A stretch of 64,000 nt of DNA from Anaerolineae bacterium (GTDB taxonomy: Bacteria; Chloroflexota; Anaerolineae; B4-G1; SLSP01), in contig DAOTTS010000102.1 in NCBI GenBank assembly GCA_034437735.1, positions 16,333-80,332 on the forward strand, given 5' to 3'. This document shows positions 1 through 9,943 of the stretch, piece by piece. Numbering within the stretch: position 1 is the stretch's first letter; each line of letters opens with the position of its first letter. Both the position numbers and the translations under genes were made by a program. The notes below the pieces were generated by a model. The model made no database searches. It was not told the DNA's origin and saw only the letters and a list, made by a program, of their open reading frames with translations.

Positions 1-183
1 GGTATTTCAGGCGCATTACAGCACAAGGTAGGTATGCAGAACTCCGACTTTATTATCGCCATCAACACCGACCCGAACGCCCCCATCTTTGAGATCGCCG
101 ATCTGGGCATCGTGGGAGACTTGTTCGATGTCATACCGGCGATGATTGAGGAGATCCGATCATGCAAGGAGACCGTAGTATGA
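1..183 (+). CDS. fixB: Electron transfer flavoprotein alpha subunit (FixB/EtfA), C-terminal part; 5' end lies outside the window
   Basis: Frame 1 translated by hand: [46 protein letters not shown], the ETF-alpha FAD-binding C-terminus. TGA at 181-183 overlaps the fixC ATG (ATGA). Confidence 0.92.
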   Translation, partial: GISGALQHKVGMQNSDFIIAINTDPNAPIFEIADLGIVGDLFDVIPAMIEEIRSCKETVV

Positions 184-1505
184 CGAACGAGCGAATTGAA
201 TTTGATGCCGTCGTGGTCGGAGCGGGTTTGGCCGGCTCTGCGGCAGCCATGGTAATGGCGCGCAAAGGGCTCGACGTCGCGCTTGTCGAGCGGGGGCAAA
301 AACCAGGCGGCAAGAACTACTTCGGCGGTGCAATCTACACCCACGCCATCGAAGAGGTCCTGCCCGATTACATGGACCGGCGCCCGCCATTTGAGCGCCC
401 GGTGACGGAAGCCGGTTTCTGGTTTCTTTCCAACGACGGGCTCACCCGTATGACCGTGCAGGGCGGCGAACTCAAGAAGATGGATCCGGCGGATGCGTAC
501 GTCACGCTGCGCGCCCATTTCGACCTCTGGTGGGCCGAACAGGCCCAAGAGGCCGGCTCGTTCCTGATCCCCAAGACCACCGTCGTGGACTTTATCCGCG
601 AGGAAGACGGACAGGTCATCGGCGTCCAGACGGACCGGCCGCAAGGTGATATCTACGCCCCGGTCGTCATCATCTGTGAGGGCGTCAACAATCTCTTGAC
701 CCAGAAGCTGGGTCTCATCGAACACGATCTGGAGCCGGCCCATCTCGCGCTGGCGTTCAAGAAGGTCATCTCGCTGCCCAAGGAGACGATCAACGCACGA
801 TTCGGCCTGCACGACGACGATCAAGGATTAGCCGTCTCGGTCCTGGGCGACGTCTCGCTCGGGCTGCCCGGCATGGGCTTCGTCTACACCAATGAAGAGA
901 GCGTCTCGATCGGCTTGGGCATGATGCTCAACGCGGTCGCGGAGTACGGCTTGCGCCCTTACGATGTCTTGGAGCGCTATCTGGATCACCCGGCGATCGA
1001 ACCGCTCATCCAGGGGGGACAGATCCTCGAGTATGGCGCGCATTTGATCCCCGAGGGGGGCTATCGCGAGATGCCCGCGCTTTACACGGGCGGCGCGATG
1101 GTGGCCGGCGATGCAGCTGCGATGGTCAACGCCCTGCACTGGGAGGGCACCAACATGGCGATTATGGCCGGAAAACACGCGGCAGAGACAGCCCTCGAGG
1201 CCCACAGCCGGGGGGATTTCAGCGAGCGGGTGATGTCCCGCTACAAAGACCGCCTGGACGAGGGCTTCATTTTGAAGGATCTCAGGCAATACCGCCGGTT
1301 TGCCCAATTCCTGGAGACTCACGAAAACTTTATGGAGATCTATCCCAGTTTTGTCAACGATGCACTGGGACAATTCTTCAGCGCTTACGGCAAGCCGAAG
1401 AAGCAGCTTTTCAATGGAATGGTTGGCGCGCTGACCGATCGTCGCTCGCTGCTGAAAGCAGCCGGCGACATCGTCTCGATGGCGCGCGCAGTGATGGGAT
1501 GGTGA
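180..1505 (+). CDS. fixC: FixC-family FAD-dependent ETF oxidoreductase
   Basis: VVVGAGLAG dinucleotide-binding motif, ERGxxPGGKN and AGDAA motifs; lies between fixB and a ferredoxin. Start placed at the coupled ATG 180 (ORF track 162). Confidence 0.88.
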   Translation: MTNERIEFDAVVVGAGLAGSAAAMVMARKGLDVALVERGQKPGGKNYFGGAIYTHAIEEVLPDYMDRRPPFERPVTEAGFWFLSNDGLTRMTVQGGELKKMDPADAYVTLRAHFDLWWAEQAQEAGSFLIPKTTVVDFIREEDGQVIGVQTDRPQGDIYAPVVIICEGVNNLLTQKLGLIEHDLEPAHLALAFKKVISLPKETINARFGLHDDDQGLAVSVLGDVSLGLPGMGFVYTNEESVSIGLGMMLNAVAEYGLRPYDVLERYLDHPAIEPLIQGGQILEYGAHLIPEGGYREMPALYTGGAMVAGDAAAMVNALHWEGTNMAIMAGKHAAETALEAHSRGDFSERVMSRYKDRLDEGFILKDLRQYRRFAQFLETHENFMEIYPSFVNDALGQFFSAYGKPKKQLFNGMVGALTDRRSLLKAAGDIVSMARAVMGW

Positions 1506-1512
1506 TATAACT

Positions 1513-1863
1513 ATGGCGATGAAACAAGGGGATGCATTTGAGTCCAAAGCGCTCTCAGAAGACCAGAAGGCATCGCTGCCGGACGTCTACGTCGACGATC
1601 TTCTGATGACGCTCAAGTACTTTATCGATGAGGACAACGCGCACCTGTGGATCAAAGAGAACGAAGTTTGCGATCGCTGCAAACACAAGCCGTGTCTCAC
1701 CTTCTGTCCGGTGGGGGTCTATACTGAGGGGTCGGACGGCAGGATTCAGGTGGCGTATCAGAGCTGTGTCGAGTGTGGGAGCTGCCGGGTGGGATGTCCC
1801 TATCTCAACATCGGATGGGAACTCCCCCGTGGGGGGTTCGGCGTCGCCTACAAGTTCGGCTAG
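1513..1863 (+). CDS. fixX: FixX-like ferredoxin
   Basis: CxxCxxKPCLTFCPVGVY and CVECGSCRVGC clusters; C-terminal PRGGFGVAYKFG typical of FixX; follows fixC. Confidence 0.88.
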   Translation: MAMKQGDAFESKALSEDQKASLPDVYVDDLLMTLKYFIDEDNAHLWIKENEVCDRCKHKPCLTFCPVGVYTEGSDGRIQVAYQSCVECGSCRVGCPYLNIGWELPRGGFGVAYKFG

Positions 1864-1929
1864 ACGAGAGGCCCCAATTCCAACGGGGTGGTCCCACAGC
1901 ACGAGGAAGTGATAAAAGGAGAGAATTGG

Positions 1930-2526
1930 ATGGATGCTGTATCAATCAAGAAAGAACGAACCCTGGTCCTGCTGAAGCCCGATGCGGTCGCGCGGGGTCT
2001 GGTGGGTGAGATTATCGAGAGATTCGAAAAAATAGGGCTTAAAATCGTGGGCATGAAGATGGTGCACCCGACCCAAGAGAAGGCCGCCGGTCACTACTCA
2101 GGGCCGGATGCCTGGATCGCGGGGATGGGACAGAAGACGCTGGATTCGTTCCAGGAGTTCGGGATGGACGCCGACGAGGTGCTGGGCACCGACGACCCGC
2201 TGGCGATCGGCCAGATGGTGCTGAGCTGGCTCATCGACTACATCTCCTCCGGTCCCATCGTGGCGATGGTGCTGGAGGGCGTCCACGCGATCAAGGCCGT
2301 CCGCAAGATGGTCGGTTTTACGATCCCGTCCCGGGCCGAACCGGGCACGATTCGGGGAGATCTGACGATTGATTCGAATACGATCTCGAGCCTCGAGAAG
2401 CGCTCGACCAAGAACCTCATCCACGCATCCGGAGATCCAGAAGAAGCCGCGCAGGAGATCGCGTTCTGGTTCGATAAGTCAGAGCTGTTCGATTACGAGC
2501 GCGGGGTCGACAACATCGCATTCTGA
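1930..2526 (+). CDS. ndk: Nucleoside diphosphate kinase, long form with an internal insertion
   Basis: ERTLVLLKPDAVARGLVGEII, SGPIVAMV, PGTIRGD and NLIHASG (catalytic His). AGGAGA upstream of ATG 1930. Confidence 0.92.
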   Translation: MDAVSIKKERTLVLLKPDAVARGLVGEIIERFEKIGLKIVGMKMVHPTQEKAAGHYSGPDAWIAGMGQKTLDSFQEFGMDADEVLGTDDPLAIGQMVLSWLIDYISSGPIVAMVLEGVHAIKAVRKMVGFTIPSRAEPGTIRGDLTIDSNTISSLEKRSTKNLIHASGDPEEAAQEIAFWFDKSELFDYERGVDNIAF

Positions 2527-2553
2527 ATCCCAGCGCTTCCATCGGCAAAGCAG

Positions 2554-2590
2554 AACGCGGGGAGGAAAAAAACTCTTTCCTCCCCGCGTT
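2554..2590. terminator. Probable bidirectional intrinsic terminator between convergent ndk and the TPR gene
   Basis: Perfect 15-bp inverted repeat AACGCGGGGAGGAAA (2554-2568) / TTTCCTCCCCGCGTT (2576-2590). Confidence 0.8.
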
Positions 2591-2607
2591 TACGTTTTAA
2601 ACGTTCT

Positions 2608-5600
2608 CTAGAGCAGGTCCATCGCGCGATTGTAGAACTCCAGAGCGCGATCGAGATTACCCTCTTTCATATAGGCATCGCCCAACGTCCGGAGCAGGCT
2701 GCCCGACTGCGGCCGCGCCTCATAATAACGCTCCATATCGGTCAAAACCTCATCCATCTTGTCCCGAGATTCGACCAGTTCCTCATAATGCTTCATCGCC
2801 TCGTCGACCTCATCGGCCTGCCACAGGGCGCGGGCAAGCGCCAGTCGGGCGCCCTCGTCATCCTCGTGCGATTCCGTATAGGCGCGCATCTCGTCAAGCT
2901 CCTCGCCGGTCACCTCTGAGACCTGAGCGGCAGGACGCGGCTCCTCAGAGACCTCCGGCTCGGCAATCGGCATCTCGGGCTCCGCGGATTCTGCCCCAAC
3001 TGATTCTGCCCCAACTGATTCTGCCCCAACTGACTCTGCCCCAACTTCGACCGGGGGTTCAACCGGCGGCTCGACGATCTCATCCTCGGCCTCAGGAAGG
3101 GCCTCGATCTCCGTCACAGGTTGCGCGCCGACCGGGATATCCTCGGGCGGGAGTTCCGCCTCCACCTCAGCCTGAAGTGCGGCCTCGGCCTGCTGCTCGA
3201 CCTCAAGCGCCTCCGCCTCAGGTTCCGGCATATCCTCCACGTCATCAAAGTGGGTGAATCCGAATGCGACCTCGGCCTCCTCGGCCACCTCCCCCTCGCC
3301 GGGCACGGCCTGGCTCGCGAACGCGGTCCAGCCGAAGGGTTCCGCTTCCAACCGTTCGGGGGCCGGGGGCTGCTCCGGCGCAATCTCCTCCACGTCCGGC
3401 ATCTCGCGATCGGCTGTGGTCTCAAAGTCATCCATCCGCGCGGCAGCCTGCGCTTCGATCTCGGACTCAATGTCCTCGGTCTCCTCCGGACTCAGGGCAT
3501 CAAGCCAGGACAGCGCATCTTCACTGGGCTCGGGTTCAGCCGGCGCTTCCGTTCGTACCTCACCGACGTCCTCATCGGCCGGCGCCATCGGCTCGACAAC
3601 CGATTCCGGTTCAGCCTCCGTCGCTATCTCCTCTGTCGCTAGCTCTTCCGTCGCTATCTCCTCTGTCGCTAGCTCTTCCGTCGTTATCTCTTCCTGCGCT
3701 AGCTCCTCCGCTGTCGGCTCTTCTGCGCCTACCTCTTCCGCTTCAGCCGCAAGACTTTCCAGCCAACCGAGGGCATCCTCACCGGACGGGGGTTCTTCCT
3801 CGACCTGCACGGGCTCAACCGACGCCGTCTCAGGCTCCGCCTCGGCGCTTGGCGCCTCAACCTCTTCCACAGCTTCGCGCTTGCGTCCCAGTATCTCCGC
3901 CGTCCGGGCTTCCGCCTCGACCTCCGCCTGGGCACGAAGCTCATCCTCTTTGCCGACCGTCAGGCTTTCGAGCCAAGCCAGCGCATCATCCCCGGAGAGC
4001 ATCTCCGCCTCAGGTTCAAGTTCGGGGGCAGGGGCAGCTTCGACTTCAGGCTCAGGCTGCGGGAGAGCTTCCTCCTCCGCTTCAGCGGCCGCCAGGCCCT
4101 CCAGCCACGACAATGCATCCTCCTCATCGACGGCTTCGGCGACGGGTTCCTCCGGCACTTCCACAACCTCAGTTTCAGACGTATCCGCAGGTTCCTCAAT
4201 CAGGGTGGCGGCCTCGTCCAAATCGGCAAGCGGCCCGGATCTGAACGCTTCCAACCAATCCGGGACATCGGCCGCGACTTCCTCCGCCGTCTCCGACTCA
4301 AGCTCGGCCTCCGCCTCCGTCTCAAGCGGCATCTCTTCCGCTTCAACGCCGGCCAACCAACCGAGTACGTCCTCCTCTTCCACGCCCTCACCCTCCAGAA
4401 GCGCCTCCATCTCGGCGGCGTCTGGTTCGTAAGTCTCTGCTTCACTCAGCATCGTCTCGGGCGCTTCCACTTCGGCGGCCTCATCCGCGCTAACGTCTCC
4501 AAACTGAGATAACCAATCGGTGTCGGTTTCCTCCTCAAAGGCAACCGCTTCGGCCGGCTCCTCCTCAGCACCCGTCGGTTGAAGCTGATCCAACCAATCG
4601 GGCACCTCTTCAGCAGGCTCAGGCACCTCCGCCTCTGGGGATTCCGCGATCAACGTCTCAGCTTCCGCAGCAACCTCGGGTGTTTCAGGTTCTGCCGCCA
4701 TCCCCGCGACGGCTTCGTCCTCCGGCACTTCTTCCTCAGGTGTGGGTTCAGGTTCAGGCGCTTCAGCCTCTTCCTTCTTGCGGCCTAATAACTCGGCCAT
4801 CCGAGCCTCGGACTCAGCTTCAGCCTGGGCGCGGAGTTCCTCCTCCTTGCCCACCGTGAAGCTCTCCAGCCACGCCAAGGCATCATCGCCCGAGAGCATA
4901 TCCCCTTCCATCTCGGGCATGGACGGCTCTTCGGCCTCAGCCGAGGCGGGTTCAGCAGCCACCTCCGCACCGGTCTCGATCTCCTGCTCAGCCGGCGCAA
5001 CCTCCTGGACCGCCTCGGTGACCTCCTCAACCTGCTCGGCAACCTCGGGCTCCTCGGGCTCGGGTTCACGCTTGGGCTTGCGGCCCAATATCTCGGCCGT
5101 CCGGGCCTCCGCCTCAGCCTCCGCCTGCGCCCGCAACTCCTCCTCTTTGCCAACCGTCAAACTCTCCAACCAGGAGAGCGCCTCATCGCCGCCAAGTATC
5201 CCGCCCCCGGCCTCCGCTTCCGCAAGATCCGGCGCAGCGCCTTCTGAGGGCTGCCCCATCTGTTCATCCGGTAACGTCATCTCGGTCTCAGGGACCTCGG
5301 TTTCAGCTACGTCGAAGCCCAGGGATTCTGCTTCAGCGGCTTCCAAAGGCGCCGCTGCTTCCTCTTCCGCTTCCGCCTCAGCCGCTTCTTCAAGTGTCTC
5401 CGGCTTGAAGTCTCGCAGCCAGTCGGGAACCTCGCCTGCGACCTCCACGTCACCCTCAGCCGAGACCGCCTCAGCGGCTTCCCCCTCCGTCGCTTCAGGC
5501 TCCAACGCAGAGAGCCAGTCAGGCACCTCAGCTTCGCCAGCCTCACCCTCGACAAGCTCCTCAACCTCAGCTTCTTTGGGTACCTCTTCTGCGACCTCGG

Positions 5601-7260
5601 CCTCACCCGCCTGAAGCTCGGAGAGCCAGTCAGGCGCGCCCTCCTCCGGCAGCGGGAATCCCTCCGCCGCTTCCTCGTCGCCACCCGCCGGCTCAAGCTC
5701 ACCCAGCCAATCGGGCACGTCCTCAGCCGGCGCTAACGCCTCCTCATCCGTCGCCTCCTCAGCGGACGGCTCTAACTCGCTTAACCAATCCGGCATCTCG
5801 TCAGCCTCGACCGGAGCCTCAGCCTCAACCTCTAGGTCAGGTTGGGCCTCGGTCACTTCGGCCTCAGCGGTTTCTGCCTGCCCCATCTCGGAGCCGGCGA
5901 CGAGTTCCTGCAACCAATCGGGAGCCTCGTCCCCGACCTCGACCTCACCGGCCGCGACGGTCTCCTCGGCAATCCCCAGGTCGCTCAGCCAATCCGCCGC
6001 CTCCTCCAAATCCACGTCCTCCGGCAGCGATTGGTCTGTTTCCTCGGTCAACCCTTGAAGCCACCCGAAAGCCTCACCCTCTGTCTCCGGCATCGCAGCC
6101 TCTGACATAGGCTCCGCAGGCTCCTCCACTGCCGGCGTCGTCTCAGGTACTTCAGCCTCCCATTCCTCAGCAGGCGCAAACTCAACCGCCTCCGGCGACA
6201 CCTCTTCAACGTCCTCAACGGCCTCAACCTCGAGCTCTTCCTCTTCTTCGTCCGTGACGAGATCGGACATCCAATCCAGGTCCCCACCCGCCTCTTCCTC
6301 AAGCTCCGGCACACCGATATCCCGAAGCCAGTCGGGGATTTCAATCTGAGACTCAAGGCCGGCAGTGATGTCCACCAGACGCACCTCAGACTCGGTCATC
6401 TCTGGGGGAGCCTCAGAGATGCCAACCGTAACCGATGCGGCTTCCAACCGCTGGAACCAGCGGGTCTCCCTGTCGACTTCCATCGCATCGGGCTCATAGG
6501 TCAGCCTTTCAAGCGTCACCGGATTGGCCTCAACCGGGGAATCCGCGCCGAACAGCGCGCTGGCAATGTGCCCTTCCGGATCAACGTCCTGAGCACTTTC
6601 GAGGAAAACCCGTCCTTCGCTCTGACCGCTCTCCATCCACAACGACCCTAACAAGAGATTGGCCTTACAATTGTGGGGCATCGTATCGAGGATATTCTGA
6701 CAGACCTCCGAAGCCTGCACGTACTGTTCATCGCGCCAATAGGCCTCAGCCAACGCGGTCAGCAGGTCGGGTCTCGACGGCTCCACCTCCAGCAGAGCCC
6801 GCAGCTCCTCCGCGGCCCGTCCGTAACGATTCCCCCGAATGTACAGGTGAGCCAATCCGGCCTGGGTCTGAGGGATAAAATCAGGCTCCACGCCGTCCCG
6901 ACGCCCCACCATCCGGCGAATCTCATCCGCAATATCCTCATTGCCGGGATCGATCTCAAGCGCACGCTCCAGGTTCCAGATCGCAGCATCAAGATCGTCG
7001 CGCCGCTCGTGGGCCAATCCCAGGCCGATACGAGAGACTAGGTGCTCCGGGTTTGCACTCAACGCCCGCCGGAACATGTCAATGGCCAACTCAGGGAGGT
7101 CGGCGTCCAGCATCGTCTTGCCCAGCAGGTAGTAAGCCTCAAAATAGCGGGGATACTGCTTCAAGATGTGCCGGAGATGAGCCAACGCCTCAAGATACCG
7201 GGACTCATCAATGAGTTGATCAATTTCGTTCTGATATTCCTGTAGCGTGATTTCAGACAC
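2608..7260 (-). CDS. 1550-aa protein: N-terminal TPRs, long Glu/Ala/Pro-rich acidic region with repeated Trp motifs, C-terminal TPR
   Basis: GTG start with AAGGAGG RBS. TPR-like helices at both ends (AYYLLGKTMLDA...ALSANP; LGDAYMKEGNLDRALEFYNRA); about 20 PDWL/ALxWL motifs in between. Confidence 0.85.
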   Translation of the reverse strand: MSEITLQEYQNEIDQLIDESRYLEALAHLRHILKQYPRYFEAYYLLGKTMLDADLPELAIDMFRRALSANPEHLVSRIGLGLAHERRDDLDAAIWNLERALEIDPGNEDIADEIRRMVGRRDGVEPDFIPQTQAGLAHLYIRGNRYGRAAEELRALLEVEPSRPDLLTALAEAYWRDEQYVQASEVCQNILDTMPHNCKANLLLGSLWMESGQSEGRVFLESAQDVDPEGHIASALFGADSPVEANPVTLERLTYEPDAMEVDRETRWFQRLEAASVTVGISEAPPEMTESEVRLVDITAGLESQIEIPDWLRDIGVPELEEEAGGDLDWMSDLVTDEEEEELEVEAVEDVEEVSPEAVEFAPAEEWEAEVPETTPAVEEPAEPMSEAAMPETEGEAFGWLQGLTEETDQSLPEDVDLEEAADWLSDLGIAEETVAAGEVEVGDEAPDWLQELVAGSEMGQAETAEAEVTEAQPDLEVEAEAPVEADEMPDWLSELEPSAEEATDEEALAPAEDVPDWLGELEPAGGDEEAAEGFPLPEEGAPDWLSELQAGEAEVAEEVPKEAEVEELVEGEAGEAEVPDWLSALEPEATEGEAAEAVSAEGDVEVAGEVPDWLRDFKPETLEEAAEAEAEEEAAAPLEAAEAESLGFDVAETEVPETEMTLPDEQMGQPSEGAAPDLAEAEAGGGILGGDEALSWLESLTVGKEEELRAQAEAEAEARTAEILGRKPKREPEPEEPEVAEQVEEVTEAVQEVAPAEQEIETGAEVAAEPASAEAEEPSMPEMEGDMLSGDDALAWLESFTVGKEEELRAQAEAESEARMAELLGRKKEEAEAPEPEPTPEEEVPEDEAVAGMAAEPETPEVAAEAETLIAESPEAEVPEPAEEVPDWLDQLQPTGAEEEPAEAVAFEEETDTDWLSQFGDVSADEAAEVEAPETMLSEAETYEPDAAEMEALLEGEGVEEEDVLGWLAGVEAEEMPLETEAEAELESETAEEVAADVPDWLEAFRSGPLADLDEAATLIEEPADTSETEVVEVPEEPVAEAVDEEDALSWLEGLAAAEAEEEALPQPEPEVEAAPAPELEPEAEMLSGDDALAWLESLTVGKEDELRAQAEVEAEARTAEILGRKREAVEEVEAPSAEAEPETASVEPVQVEEEPPSGEDALGWLESLAAEAEEVGAEEPTAEELAQEEITTEELATEEIATEELATEEIATEAEPESVVEPMAPADEDVGEVRTEAPAEPEPSEDALSWLDALSPEETEDIESEIEAQAAARMDDFETTADREMPDVEEIAPEQPPAPERLEAEPFGWTAFASQAVPGEGEVAEEAEVAFGFTHFDDVEDMPEPEAEALEVEQQAEAALQAEVEAELPPEDIPVGAQPVTEIEALPEAEDEIVEPPVEPPVEVGAESVGAESVGAESVGAESAEPEMPIAEPEVSEEPRPAAQVSEVTGEELDEMRAYTESHEDDEGARLALARALWQADEVDEAMKHYEELVESRDKMDEVLTDMERYYEARPQSGSLLRTLGDAYMKEGNLDRALEFYNRAMDLL
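2987..3046. repeat. 4 x 15-bp in-frame tandem repeat encoding VGAES
   Basis: GATTCTGCCCCAACT three times plus one copy with a single mismatch. Confidence 0.95.
3616..3710. repeat. About 3 x 30-bp in-frame tandem repeat encoding EEIATEELAT
   Basis: (C/T)TCCGTCGCTATCTCCTCTGTCGCTAGCTC with period 30; third copy diverged. Confidence 0.9.
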
Positions 7261-7550
7261 AAGGTCCTCCTTTGGGCAATTCCGCAGGTAACAGAATCCC
7301 CTAGGTTATGAAATCAGTAGATGGTCAGCGAGATCTGACTAAAGGATAGAGGAAGCGAACCGATAAGCCACAAGGTGACTAACACCTTTATTGCGACCAT
7401 TGAAATGGATGACCTTTCTATGATCTCTAGTGATTACTCAGAGTCTCTGACAATTAGGCAGACTATGCTATGCTTCTTATGCGCACAACCCAACAGCTGA
7501 GAGGCTACCTGGACCCAAAGCTGTTTCTGAATATATAGTCTAACGATTAT

Positions 7551-7579
7551 ATTATGCTATGCTTCCCATGAAAAGTCAA
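7551..7579 (-). promoter_or_regulatory. Sigma70-type promoter candidate for the TPR gene
   Basis: Minus strand TTGACT (7579-7574), 17-nt spacer, CATAAT (7556-7551) in an AT-rich divergent intergenic region. Confidence 0.55.
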
Positions 7580-7615
7580 AATAAGGTTCAAACTCAAAAG
7601 GTCTACTAAACATCT

Positions 7616-8656
7616 ATGACCCAACTCGATTTGTACGAGCTATCATACTCAGGTCTCAAGGCCTTACTTGACGCCTGGGGTGAATCTGTCACCTACGCGG
7701 ACACAATCTGGCGCTGGCTTTATCGCGACTACGGCGTCAATCCGTGGAAGCTAGCGGAGATCCCGGCGTCGCTACGAACACGTCTGGCAGAAAACACCAC
7801 TGTGACCCATCCCCGATGCGTGGCACATCAGATCAGCGAAGATCACAATACTCAAAAAGCCCTGCTTGCGCTCACCGATGGCGAACAGATCGAGACAGTG
7901 CTGCTCCGCTACCGCACCCGATACAGCGTCTGCGTCTCAACGCAGGTCGGATGTCGCTGCGGGTGTGCGTTCTGCGCGACCGGGCAGATGGGATTCCACC
8001 GCCAGTTGAGGGCCGGCGAGATCATCGCGCAGGTCATCCATTACCAGCGGACGTTCGCCGATCACGAGGATCGCGCGGTGACGAACGTCGTCTTTATGGG
8101 GATGGGAGAGCCCCTGCTCAATTACGATCACACCTTAGCCGCCGTCGACCGCTGTGTGGATCCGCGCGGGCTCGCGTTGGCGCCGAGAAGGATCACACTC
8201 AGCACGGTCGGCATCATACCGGGCATTCACAAACTAGCCGAGGCCCCTTATCCTATCAAGCTTGCCGTCTCACTTCACGCGGCGACCGACACGCTGCGCG
8301 ACAAACTCATCCCTATTAACCGCCGCTATCCCCTGGATGATCTCTTCCATGCACTGGGAGACTACGTCGAGCGTACGAATCGCCGCATCTTCTTCGAGTG
8401 GCTGATGCTCAAAGGGATCAACGACGGCGTCGATCAAGCCGAGGCCCTGGCGTCACGATTGGCCGACCTGCCGGCTCACGTCAATCTCATTGCCTTAAAT
8501 CCAACTACCCAATTTGAAGAGGAGCCGACCCCGACAGAAGATCTAGAGGCCTTCGTCGCGGTTCTCGACGCTCACGAGATCCCGCATACGATGCGGCAGC
8601 GACGGGGAAGCGACATCGCAGCCGGGTGCGGCCAACTCCGAGCACGTCAAACTTGA
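7616..8656 (+). CDS. rlmN: Dual-specificity RNA methyltransferase RlmN (radical SAM)
   Basis: CVSTQVGCRCGCAFCATG (CxxxCxxC), FMGMGEPL, VSLHA and DIAAGCGQL. Confidence 0.93.
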   Translation: MTQLDLYELSYSGLKALLDAWGESVTYADTIWRWLYRDYGVNPWKLAEIPASLRTRLAENTTVTHPRCVAHQISEDHNTQKALLALTDGEQIETVLLRYRTRYSVCVSTQVGCRCGCAFCATGQMGFHRQLRAGEIIAQVIHYQRTFADHEDRAVTNVVFMGMGEPLLNYDHTLAAVDRCVDPRGLALAPRRITLSTVGIIPGIHKLAEAPYPIKLAVSLHAATDTLRDKLIPINRRYPLDDLFHALGDYVERTNRRIFFEWLMLKGINDGVDQAEALASRLADLPAHVNLIALNPTTQFEEEPTPTEDLEAFVAVLDAHEIPHTMRQRRGSDIAAGCGQLRARQT

Positions 8657-8702
8657 GCGTGAGCCCTTATCCCCCTCATCAAGACAAGGAGCGCTAAATT
8701 TC

Positions 8703-9812
8703 ATGAACATCGATGTGGAAAAGAGAGAGAAACTCATCGCATTCTGCCGGGCGCTGATCAACCCGCACGCGGCCAAGCTGTTGGTGGAGCCTCAGCAACG
8801 ATCGTCCGGATTCTGGTTTGGCGGCGGCAATCTTGCAGAGGATCCGTCGGGCACCTTCTACCTCACGGGTCGGTACCGCAACGTGGGGGACTCGCGCACG
8901 GGCCTCGAAGCCGGTGCCCGAGGTGTCGCGCTCGCGGTCTTTGAATCGACCGACCGGGGCAAGAACTTCGAAAAGATCCTGTCGTTTTCCAAAGCCGACC
9001 TAAGCTATGAAGATCGGCCGGCGCTCTCGATTGAGGGCTCGGCCCTGCATTTTACCGAGGACGGCGTCGAACTTTACGTTTCCAGCGAGAAAGGCAACCT
9101 CGCCTATCCGACGGAACTGTCGGAGTTTCAGAAACCCGGCACAGGCATCTGGACCATCGATAGACTCACCGCCCCTTCCGTACCCGAACTGGCGGACGCC
9201 GACCTGGACCCCCTCTTGACCTCTGACGATCCCAGATTTCAACACGTCAAGGACCCGGTGATCTACAAGCGGCCTGACGGCGCAACCGTGCTGGGTTTCT
9301 GCACGCATCCCTTTAACTGGACGAGTTCCAACTCCGGCCACTGCGTCCGGGAGAAGGGCCGCGAGGCCTTCAGCCCACCCATTCACACTTTTTTCCGCCG
9401 GGGTTACACCTGGGACGTCGCGATCAGCCGCATCACCGCGTATCTCCGGGTGCCTGAACTGGGGGCATTTCGAGAAACGCCTCCGTGGCTTCTGGCTTTC
9501 TACGACGGTGGCGAATCGATGCGCAACTATGAGGAGCACTTGCAGGCGGTCCGACGACCGCGAGGATACTCCTGCGAAGAGATCGGCGGCGTCGCCGTGC
9601 TCTCCCAGTCGACGCTTGCAACCGTCGAACGGCTTTCCAAGCACCTTCCAATGTTCATATCGCCGGAAGGGACGGGGAGTAACCGTTACGTTGATGTCCT
9701 CGAGACCGAGGAAGGATTCTATACGACGTGGGAGCAGTCGCAGGCGGATCAATCGCAACCACTGATGCTGAACTTCTTGAGCCGGCAGGAAGCCCGCGCC
9801 CTCCTGAGCTGA
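8703..9812 (+). CDS. Uncharacterised soluble protein, possibly a beta-propeller or glycosidase-like fold
   Basis: Clean 369-aa ORF with a BNR-like ESTDRGKNF motif and KDPV; no family confidently recognised. Confidence 0.6.
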   Translation: MNIDVEKREKLIAFCRALINPHAAKLLVEPQQRSSGFWFGGGNLAEDPSGTFYLTGRYRNVGDSRTGLEAGARGVALAVFESTDRGKNFEKILSFSKADLSYEDRPALSIEGSALHFTEDGVELYVSSEKGNLAYPTELSEFQKPGTGIWTIDRLTAPSVPELADADLDPLLTSDDPRFQHVKDPVIYKRPDGATVLGFCTHPFNWTSSNSGHCVREKGREAFSPPIHTFFRRGYTWDVAISRITAYLRVPELGAFRETPPWLLAFYDGGESMRNYEEHLQAVRRPRGYSCEEIGGVAVLSQSTLATVERLSKHLPMFISPEGTGSNRYVDVLETEEGFYTTWEQSQADQSQPLMLNFLSRQEARALLS

Positions 9813-9943
9813 GAGAGGGCGGGCGCTTGTCACGCTTTTCACCTTAGAGTATCATACAAAGACTGATTGAAGGCGGAATTGGGGAAAACTCCTATGCAAT
9901 CCGAGAATCGTGAGTCCCCAATACCGGAAAGCGTAGAGAGCCT

